From positions 22,384,001-22,448,000 of the forward strand of contig NC_087245.1 of assembly GCF_037042905.1 (NCBI RefSeq): a stretch of 64,000 nt of DNA, given 5' to 3'. The translations under genes and the position numbers were made by a program. Source of the DNA: Lytechinus pictus. Lineage: Eukaryota. The stretch's first letter is position 1; each line of letters opens with the position of its first letter. The notes below the pieces were generated by a model. It worked only from the letters and a program-made list of their open reading frames with translations. It searched no databases and had not been told where the DNA came from. Below are positions 53,501 through 64,000 of this stretch, piece after piece.

Positions 53501-56500
53501 TTAAGGAATAGAACTTTTTTCATCTGTTTAAACTTCTATCCTTGATACTATAATTATTTCAGGCTTTTTTTTCTTTAGATTCTCTAACATACAGTCACCA
53601 TCAATCTGTTATGAATGTATATGTTGTAAAACTTACATATATAACCACTGACTTACTTAGGTTGACATAGTGGAGACAATCTACTGAAATAAAACACCTT
53701 AAATTAAATTTAACAATTATAGTATGAATGTATCTCTCTAAAAAGCATAAAATCAAACTAAAAATATTTATGGAAACGGCTCAAACTCATTTTTGGTATA
53801 TGAAAACTAAAATAGATTTTTTCAATATATGTTGTAATTTATGGATTACAATGAGTGTGGCATCTGGATCCCTGGTTTGCATGGTACCCATTTGGTGCCT
53901 ACATAACTGTTTTGCGAAATAAAGCACAATGATATTATTACTTTCTTAATCTACAACAGATTTTGATTAAAATTTCAATGTTGTGATTGTTTGATTTTTT
54001 TCCTTTATATCCAAATTTGCTATCTTGGTGGGCTTAGCTTTCAATTCAGTGACATGGGAGAATATCTAATGGCATTCCAACATACATGTGCACAACATCA
54101 ATTCTAACTTACACTTACACAGTCACAAGTCACATTATCCATTTAAACACCATTATGCAAAGAGACATACAGCAATTACAGTCTCTCACAAGATTCACAT
54201 GAAATGACTGATAAAAACTCCTGAAATCACATGCAACTAAATTGCATATTTTGAAAAGGCAGCCATAAAAAAGGCACATAAAGAGCACCCCTCATAATAA
54301 TAAGTCTAGCCTTCATAAAGTGAGATTCAATTGAAATCAAATAAAGAATGTCAGATACTGCAGAAATCAAACGTCATTTGATTTTCTTTACGATGTATTC
54401 AGTACCACACGCTAGCACACAACTGAAACAAAATTTAGCTTCTGGCTATCTGAGACCAATGCTGCAAAATTATCCCCTTGTTATGAAATAGTTATACAAC
54501 TTCTGATGATAAAGAAGTTGTTCTCAGGCTATTGTTGGCAAATCAATGACAGAAATTGATCATTATGACTTTTATGGAGGTATTTTGTTGTAATATGAGG
54601 ACTGCAGACAATCATAACATTAGATGAAGAGTATTTTGTCTATCCAGGAACGGGCTATTTTCTAGCACATTCATACAATGTAAATGCCACAAGAATAATC
54701 CACACAATATCATGAAACCTAAAATGTTGTTTTTAATACTCTATACACTTCTGTTAGCTTCTTATACAAAGAATTTGTCATTTATTTGTTGTTCACTTCA
54801 AATCGTACAAACCTTTCCTCTTTACATTTACATGTAGTTTTATTTTTGTCTTTGGCTTTGAACTCTAAGATAATAAGTCAATGTGTGCTAAAAACAATAT
54901 TCTTTCAATTTCAATTAAGAATATGTTTTGAAATATTACTTATTTAATTCCCTTCTAACTAGCCTTGAAAGTCCTTTTTTCACACTTTATCCTGACGCAT
55001 CTTCACATACCCATATTCATCTTCAACATAGTTTTAAAAGTAATTCAAGTTCTAGTGTGGTGATCTTTTTACATGTAAAGGCTAGTTACATTAATGAACA
55101 AAATATTAATTAAATAGATTTAGCAAACAATTGTACTTAAAGAATTAAATAGCAATACAAAGTCAAGACCAAATACATATACTTTAAAGAACACTTCTAG
55201 TAAAGGGCTGATGTTATGATGCAAATTACAAAATAGCATATACATATTAATCTACATATTAAGATAAAAACAAGTTACAATTCACATAATGTGAAACTGC
55301 ATCAAGAATTTAACAAATTTGCTGGAAGGGATAACAAAACAACAGTTTTATAGCAAAATTACTGGTACTTTTTATAATGGAAATCAGAATATTTTGAAGT
55401 TTGTTAGAAAATGGAAAAATAGAAGTGGAAATGCTTGCAGGAAAGGCCCCTTTCCCTTAAAAAAACAACTTGGAGACAGTTCCTTGATTGGTATAAACTG
55501 TACAATGATCAATGTCCTTCTTTCTTTTATTACAGACAGATTTGATTCTTCACCTGAACATATATCAAAGGCTTATCAATGAAGTGTGTAATCCTCCAGG
55601 TGTGTGGTATGACTGCATAGATAGATGGCTTCAATTAGGAGTAATGCCACATAATTACTATTAGGCAAGATAGAACCTTGAGAGAAATCATAAATATGCG
55701 AGTAAACATCTTAAATATCCCTGGTGATAGATGTATTGGTTAAATAAACTTTTTATAGTGAAGTTATTATCCCCCTCCTTCTATTCATTTACTTCTCCCA
55801 CTCCTCTTTCATCTTCCTCTCTTCTCATTCTTTCTTTTCCAATTTTCTTTTCTTTTTCCCTCTAGCTCCCCTCCCACTTCTTCTATACCATGTTTTTATT
55901 GTTCTTCACATGCTCTTTCTCCTTCTTCTCTTCTCATTTTATCTCTCTCTCTCTCTCTCTCTCTCCTCCTTCCTACTCGTCTTCTTCTTCTCCCCCTCCT
56001 CCTCCTTCAATATCAATGGGGTTTTTTCAGTAATAAAGAGTCTCCAAATTATCTTTGAATGAATGAGAGAGAGGATGCTATCAGGCAAGCATGAAAATGA
56101 CCGAGGACACTATTCCATAATAGAAAATAATTGATGATCTGTTATTACACAGTAGCTATTGGTAAGACAGGCATGACCATTTCATCGAGCATTATTAAGC
56201 CTGTGAAAATGACATTCTTCATGTAATCAAGAATTATGTCTGAAATAAAAGAGAATTTGGGGGGAGGGGGTTGCATTGTTATTTTTTATAAACAGAACAA
56301 TTATTACACAATAATATTTCATAATTTCTATCTTCCTGTTTTTCTTTCTTCTGTCTCCTCTTCATCCTTTATTTCTGTTGTGGCTACTTTGCTACTTTTT
56401 CCTTTCATTTCTTCAGAAACTCGCCTCTTCTCTCATTGCAACATTATCTCTTCCTTTGCCATCCTCCAAATCATGGTGACAAAATTACATTTTCACTTCA

Positions 56501-57984
56501 GTTGGCGGAATCAGCTAAAATTGATTTCCTATCAGTAGGTATCAAACTGTAAGTTGGCATTCCTTCACGCACGTCATGTTAAATCGTGTTAGATATCACG
56601 CTCTGCACTTAATCTCCATTTGATACCGTGAATGGGAAACCCTACTGTGCACCCCTGGGGCTTAATTTACCCAGAGGATCAAAATTTTACGGATGAACCC
56701 AGTTAGAGAGTGCAGTGATTTTCCCTAGCAAGTTGCATGGATTTAGGAAAGTGGGGAAACTGTTAAAAATGGTTCATTTCACAAAATGACCATGAAAATG
56801 ATAATAAAATGTATTTAAATACAGTTGCAAACTCGCACATCATAGAATTGCAACAAATGTAGTAAATAAACATAATTCATCTAGACAGCTTAATTTTATA
56901 CCAAGTGAAGTAGCATTATGCAGACAAAATGTTAGGTCCTATGATGCATTTAATTTCCTCAATTTTAACATTAATATTATTCTAAATTATAGTAGAAGGT
57001 ATATTGTTTTTTAAAATATATGTAATACAAAACACTAAAATTCAATGTGTCATAAAAAGGTCACTGTCAATGTCATAGAATTGCACAGTTTAAGTAAGAA
57101 ATGTAAAAATAAAATAAGTAAATAGAAAAGGTGAAGGCAAAAGAATTGAACATATTTATTTTCATTGAAAAGGATTTGTTTTCTTGGAAGCTATTTCAAG
57201 AATAACATATTTCACATTATATTCAAAGTCACAACTGAATTGAATATGAAATTTATATTGCAGTATACATGAACATGCATAAGGAACAGGGAAAATGCAA
57301 ATTTTTCCATTTCTTTGTAAATGACCCATCACCATAATTGTCATCATTATCATCATCACCATCGATATTATCATCATTAAATTTGGCATAAAATGACTAT
57401 TTTCTATCTACAATAATTAGAAACACTCACTCAACTGTTTAAGACAGGCTGCAAAACAATTCCCTAATTTTGCACCCCCCCCCCTTCTTCCCCATGAACT
57501 AGTTCAATATCTACTGTAGATTCCCATGCTTTCCTAGACAATTGAGTTAGATCCAGTGCCAGTGCCACTGCCTGGCTTCCTAATCCTTTCCCTACTGCAG
57601 CTGCACTGGATCTGTAACTAGTCCAATTCACTTCTTTTTTTTTGCATTATCCTGGTTTAAGTCACCAGTCCATTCACTGCCATTTATTTTGTCAGCGCTG
57701 GTGACTTCTTTCCACTACCATTGACTTTGTACATGAGTCCACAAACACCGACACGCAGCCATGCATGCCCATGCCCATGGGCATGGCATGAGAAGAGAGA
57801 CGACTAATTAAGTAATTTCACGATAAGGGCAAGGCCATTTTTTTGCTTTACTCAATGAAAACACTCATTAAAAACTAACAAGATATGAGAACCTCTCTAC
57901 TCTAAATTTTATCAGTCTGTCTATCTAGAAGTAAAATTATTATTATAACTGTTTAAGAATCTACATGGATCTAGGCCTACTTAC

Positions 57985-58390
57985 ATGAAACTAAATAGGT
58001 GGTGCAAATGAGTTTTACCCAGGAAACTTGTTCAGTCTTTCTTTAAGTTCATCAAGGAAATGGATGATCTGCCAGGTGCGATGTTGTTCTATACTCGGGC
58101 TGGCCTGTGTACATTAAAGTAGACGCCATCGTTTTATGATCAAATGGTAATCTGTTGATGAGCCAAACCAGCTGGTCAGATATTTGTCAGATAATATGAA
58201 AATATGAGCACATGATCCGATAATGCGATCGATATAGGTCTGGAGGATGATACTTGATAGCGCGCGCGCGCTTCGAATTCGCTCGCGCTCGCTGAGCTTC
58301 CGATACGTCGTCTCTGATCCGCGTACATGTGGTACTGGTAGTGGTGGAAGAATCGTAGAAGAACGCGTCATCAGTCCCCACCATAGACGG
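57985..58390 (-). promoter_or_regulatory. CpG-rich promoter and non-coding first exon of the host gene
   Basis: Dense CpG at 58215-58390 (GCGCGCGCGCG, CGCTCGCGCTCG, CGATACGTCG); canonical donor CAT|GTAAGT at 57985/57984. Exact TSS not determinable. Confidence 0.65.
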
Positions 58391-58667
58391 TCCCCACATA
58401 ATTATCAAGATGCGTATGTAACTACAAAATTACTGTGCCGCGCGAAGCGCGAGCAGAAATTTTTAATATGCGTTCTGACCTGATCGAAAAGGGACCATTT
58501 GCAGTTAGCCATTAAAAACGATACATATTTCAACAATTAAATAGTGTGAGCGCAAAGCGCGAGCTGAAAATTTTTGACATTCCGACCTAAAAAAATTGAC
58601 ATTCCTGGCACTTTTTGTAATCAGGAACGGTAGGTCCTATAGGTATATAACCAAATAATTGATTCAA

Positions 58668-58990
58668 TTTCAAATTCAAATTCAATTCGGTTTTATTAAA
58701 ATATACTCATCGAAAAGTCCGTAGACTAACAATGAGTTCACAAACAAAGTTATAATAAGCATAAAATATAAACCAATAAAATAAATATAAAACATGTTCC
58801 AAAATGCAACAACTTTATAACAAAGTGAATAAAAAGTACAGGTGTGTATAATGTAACAGACTGAATTAAAAATGACCGAGGACATAAAAAACCTATTTGG
58901 CATATATATTGCAAAGTCAAAATAGATAATGCATAATTATTTTTAAAAAGCATGCACATGTACATGTAAAGTAGTACATAGGCTTATAAG
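58668..58990 (-). mobile_element. Probable 3' tail of a CR1/L2-type LINE or derived SINE
   Basis: Minus strand ends AATAAAA then (TTTGAA/TTGAA)n; interrupts the periodic repeat; 5' extent unclear. Confidence 0.4.
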
Positions 58991-59274
58991 AGAGTGAGGG
59001 AGAGAGAGAGGGGGGAGGTCAGTAGATCAGGCAAGCAGGTGAGGAGCATGAAGGGAAAGAAAAAGTATGAGAAAATAGAGGGAGGCAGAGCAAGGATAAA
59101 AGAAAGAAGAAATGACGAAGGGAAGGGAGGAAAGAAATAGGTCGATATAAAAGTACATGTTGTTTAAAATGTTTTAAGAATTAAATAACTATCCGTTACA
59201 AGTAAAAGACTCAATGATATAACACTTTACAAATCGATGATCACTTCAGCTTGATCAAATTAATGATCCCTTAA

Positions 59275-59869
59275 AGGGGAATCCAGCCTTGGCCATAACA
59301 TTTTGTGTTGGGAAAGAGAAAAATAAATTAAACAGAATGGTGAAAGTTTGAAAGAAATCGGACAATCAATAAGAAAGATATAGCTGCTTTAAAATTGAGA
59401 TCACTAATACTATGTAGATTTCAAATTGGCAACTGGGTAAGTAAATTATGACAAGGGGCAAGGACAACTTTCCCATAGGCCATGTACTTTATTATCAGGA
59501 ATTTGTGGTTTTCTCGTAAGTACTCATTCCCCTGGGGAAGTAATCTAAATATAACCCAGGTAGTATATTGTGTTATGTCCTCATGAAAGAAAAATATAAT
59601 TTGAAATAAAACTTTTGGGGAAAATGACATTTTAGCCATAATATGTATTGGAGTACATGGAAGAGTAGTCCTTGCCTTACATCACTATGACATCCCATAT
59701 GCGGCCAATTTGAAGTCTCCATGAGTATAGTGATTACCAATATTTACAACTTTTAAAAATTAATAACTTTCTTGTTGTTTGTCCAATATTGTTCAAACTT
59801 TCACCTCTCAACTTGTCTGATTTTTCTTTTCCTTATAAAAACAAGTTTTTATTTGGGTTGGATTCCCCT
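59275..59869. mobile_element. Kolobok-like MITE
   Basis: TTAA|AGGGGAATCCAGCC ... GGTTGGATTCCCCT|TTAA; architecture like 14486-15068. Confidence 0.8.
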
Positions 59870-60649
59870 TTAAGCCTGAAAAATGTACTTCAAGAAATGG
59901 AGGTGATGGAGGTGAAAAAATATGAGGTGTTATTGAGGAAGTTGAAAAGGGATAGAGAGGGAGGGACGGGGAAGTAGAAAAAAAAAACAGACACAGAAGG
60001 AGAAAGAGATAGAAGTAGAACAAAAAAGAAGAAGTACAAGTAAACAAACATTGCAAATATCAGTCACATTATTGAACAAACCCGGGACAAACCATAGATC
60101 ATTGTGTGAACGTGTAAATTGCAAACTATACAAAGCTGTCAAAAAGTAGAACGTGATGCAATTAAGAAAAGGGGAAAAAAAGAAAAGACAAGAGAGAGAG
60201 AGAAGAGACATAATACATCACACAACAGGATTAAGAATATTGCACATCAGCAACATGAATATGAGTAATGCAAACATACAATGTATAATGAGATATTTCT
60301 GTAAATTACATCACAACCAGTTGAGGGAATATTGCACAACAGGTAAAAAAATTGATCTGTAATCCAATCATAAAAATACACTGTAGGTATACTGTGCATG
60401 TGAGAGATAGTTGTTTGAATATTACATTTAAATCACATTTGAGCAAACATTAAAAATCATTAAAAATCATCCCTAGAGTATGAGCAAACTGACAAGCACA
60501 TAGAAAATGGGGCTACGTGGAATAATATGAAGATTTGTGTATATACATTTAAAGCTGTCTAAGAATGAATATAGCAGATATGAGTGTGATGCAATCAGGA
60601 AAAGAAAAGTATTCAAAAAGGGAACGAAAGCAGGAGAGGTCAAAGAGAC

Positions 60650-60650
60650 A

Positions 60651-60682
<32 letters not shown>

Positions 60683-60712
60683 AAAAAGAAAGAAAAAAAG
60701 AAAGAAAGAAAG
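60650..60712. repeat. (GAAA)n microsatellite
   Basis: Direct reading. Confidence 0.9.
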
Positions 60713-61242
60713 GGGAACAACTAAAGCGAGAGGGGGGGGGAGAGAAAGAAAACATCACATCAAAGTAAGGAATATGCACATCAGGTACATGAAAAAAAAT
60801 GTAGATGCATACAGAGATAGTCTGAAATACAGTGCATTCAATTTACATGCAATAAGTTAGCAGGAATAGCAAATGACACATAGCTACTGACTGTTTAAAA
60901 TTAGAATGAAATAATGGATGAGGGATGCGAGCGCGAAGCGCGATCGAAAAAAAGAGATTTCTGACATGAAAACGGGACACTCTATTCATGTTTTGTAAGT
61001 CATGAAAAGGGATTGGTAATTTGGTATCTTTCTACATTAATAATGCAAGAGCGAAGCGCGAGCAGAATTTTTTTTGCTGATCTCAAACTGGATATTTTAT
61101 TTTAGCACGTTTTAAATAAAGAGTTAGAGTTAGACAGAATCTGGGTATTCTGAATACATTTTATTTTTATCACGAAAATCAATAATGCTAGCGCGTATCG
61201 CGAGCTGAAAATATTTGATATTCCGATATGAAAAGTATACTA

Positions 61243-61460
61243 TTCAAATTCAATTCAATTCAATTCTTTTATTTCATTTCCATTCAAAACATAATACAAA
61301 GTAATATAAAGTAATACAAATCAAGTACAATTTTACAGAAGGGCATTCTTACTTCGTAAAAAACCCCAGAAAAAACAGTATAATATAGAGCATAAATGGA
61401 AATGAGGGGGATCCACTAAAAAGCAAAGCTTGTAAAGTGTGGATCCCCCTTGGAAATGAA
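61243..61460 (-). mobile_element. Probable LINE/SINE 3' end with stem-loop and (TTGAA)n tail
   Basis: Hairpin GGGGGATCCAC...GTGGATCCCCC at about 61406-61449, then on the minus strand AATAAAA and (TTGAA)n. Confidence 0.5.
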
Positions 61461-63426
61461 GAAAGTATAGTAGACTTATTCTTATACGCGTACATATATG
61501 TATTACAGGAAAGAAAAAGAGAACAAAAGAAATCATACGGATGCAAATATGATTACTGAACAAATGCAAAGCTTTTCACACAAATCACTGTATAGGGGAA
61601 TTATGAAGTGGATAACACTTAATAAATGATGCGAGCTGATATTTTTATTATTATTTTGACCTAGGACCAGGACATTCGAGGCCTTTTGTCATTTTGTCAT
61701 CATATGAAAATGATGACTATCTTCCTATTCCTCTTCCTAAGCACGATAAAATTTGTCGATATTTGATGCTTTCTGAAAGAGGGACAATTTAGTTATTAGC
61801 AATTCATTAAAAAATTATCATATCTATCAATCTAAAAAGCCTAATTAGTGCGTGAAATTTGTTGACATTGAGGCTTGAAAACTGAATATTTTAGGTACTT
61901 TTTTAATCATGAATAGGATAGGAATCATGGGTTTTGATATAATTTTAACAATTAATGTGAGCGCAAATCGCGAGCCGAAATCTTTGATAAATAACTGTCA
62001 TAAAAAGGGGGTTTTAAGTAGTTTGTTATAGAATTAATATAGAGGTACATATAACCCATCAATCAAAATGCGAGCACACAGCGCTACGCTCATAGTGCTA
62101 CGTTTTGACCAAAGTTTTTGACAATCAGACATCCGTAAAATGATATTTTGAGAACTTATGGAAGACACGACAATAGGTAGTCCTACTTGGCAAATCAAAT
62201 CACGCGAGCGCACAGCGCAAGCTGAGAATGTTGATATTCACACTATAAAACGGACATTTTAAAAAGCACGTAAAAAAATCAATTTGTAAATCAAACAAAA
62301 TAATGAAAGCTAGATGTCCGAGCTGAAATATGTTTTGCATATTGGCTTCAAAACTTGATATTTTAAGCTACATATTGAGCAAGATATATATCTCATCAAA
62401 CAGGCAATGCGAGCGCGAAGCGCGAGCGAAAATTTAATGCAGTGACATGAAAGATATTTTTAAACATTATCCAAGTCTTCCCATCACCTTATTTTATTCA
62501 CTCGTATTCCTCCTTTCTTTCCCCTTCTTTTTTTTCTTTCTTCCCCCCTTTTTGTCATTGTTTTTGCTCCGCCCATGGGGGGGGGGGGGGGGGGGGGGGT
62601 GGCCCCTCAGGTCCCCTTGGATCCGCCTATGCTGTATCACATAATTTCATACCGATATATGAACGACTTTACAGATAATATTTAATATTAGGAAGTGATT
62701 ATTTTTATATTATGACAAAGGAGTAGATAAATTATCGTTTATAGGCAGATATTTTGAAAACGATATACAATTTTTTTGGCGAAGACTAGGCCTAAACCGC
62801 ATATCATGGACTATTTTCGACTGAATTTCAATAACTGTTGAAAATAGACATTGGTAATCTTAAAACTAAATCATTGCGGTGTTTATTTTTGGAAATATCC
62901 TTTATTTTATCTTACTTCTGTTGTTCTGTACTGCCTGATATTTTTTCTGTTCCCATGATTAATTGGGCATCAATAAGTGTAAAGAAACATTTCGCCTTTA
63001 TGATGGCGCTATATCGATATGATATAGCTTGCGGGATTAAATTAGCTTCATAAATAAGAGAAATATCTCTTGTCAATGATTAAAGCATGATACAAATGAT
63101 TTTATCAAAACATGGGTGGTGGGCTATATGGAACGACTTGAGGAAGTATAAGGGGGCTGAACATGTATCGTATAAAATCTGAATTTGAAAATTGGTGGGC
63201 GGGGACGGAGGGGGGGGGGGGGGGTGGGGGAGAGGTGTTAATCCCCCGGCTCCAACCCCCGCTTTCGTGGCCCCTGCATAACTCGCCTATCCATTGATTA
63301 TTAACAATTTTTAGTTGTCCCTAAATATCATAAGGTTTTTTTCTATTTTATTTTATTCTATTACTCTGTAAAATTTGTTATTAGAGATCAAGATATACTT
63401 CTGCTGCTACTGGCTTCTCCCGTGGC

Positions 63427-63952
<526 letters not shown>

Positions 63953-64000
63953 CAGTGGCGGACCGTGACCCGGAGGAGACAAGGCATTGGGGGGGGGGGG
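63953..64000. mobile_element. Likely left end of a hAT-like element running out of the window
   Basis: CAGTGGCGGA start followed by poly-G; only one end visible. Confidence 0.35.

Larger units (their letters stand above)
1..58390 (-). other. Inferred long minus-strand transcription unit (5' UTR exons or lncRNA); any main CDS would lie largely left of the window
   Basis: Co-oriented minus-strand signals: CpG-rich promoter 58250-58390, donor CAT|GTAAGT at 57985/57984, exon 45627-45468 with strong acceptor and donor, donor CTG|GTGAGC at 9538/9537, acceptors at 4001 and 3974. Exon connectivity is inferred, not observed. Confidence 0.55.
58438..62631. mobile_element. Long interrupted repeat with periodic GCGAGCGCGAAGCGCGAGC motif and hAT-like right end
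   Basis: Motif variants near 58438, 58548, 60927, 61049, 61189, 61958, 62204, 62409; ends poly-G...GGATCCGCCTATG; left TIR and TSD not found. Confidence 0.6.

Noticed and set aside
60537..60860. K/E/R-rich and F/L/S-rich ORFs
   Set aside because: Translations of a (GAAA)n microsatellite.

Overview
This is AT-rich, repeat-laden eukaryotic DNA, not prokaryotic. The repeat content (TTAA-flanked foldback MITEs, poly-C/G tracts, TACATGTA/TAGGCCTA words) suggests an invertebrate deuterostome, probably a sea urchin (inference only). No listed ORF is a recognisable protein gene. The window appears to be the 5' part of one minus-strand, multi-promoter transcription unit: a CpG-rich promoter/first exon near 58.0-58.4 kb, a clean 160-nt exon at 45468-45627, a probable alternative first exon near 9.5-9.9 kb, and a downstream exon starting at 4001 or 3974. 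That last exon carries two ungapped 59-bp paralogous modules that read as related short peptides (RPTK-x4-FPMT[Y/F]H-x2-VWS); one is preceded by a CxxCGxCxxxC motif. This is the best candidate for an undescribed system, but it is unverified. The introns hold about 20 non-autonomous DNA transposons (Kolobok-, Harbinger-, MULE-, Merlin-, EnSpm-like and a DINE-1/Helentron-type element). The largest is an 8.3-kb EnSpm-like element with its own promoter and an exonised RTE fragment. TA-to-TACATGTA insertions consistent with Tc1/mariner excision footprints are directly visible. Superfamily calls rest only on TIR/TSD signatures read by eye.
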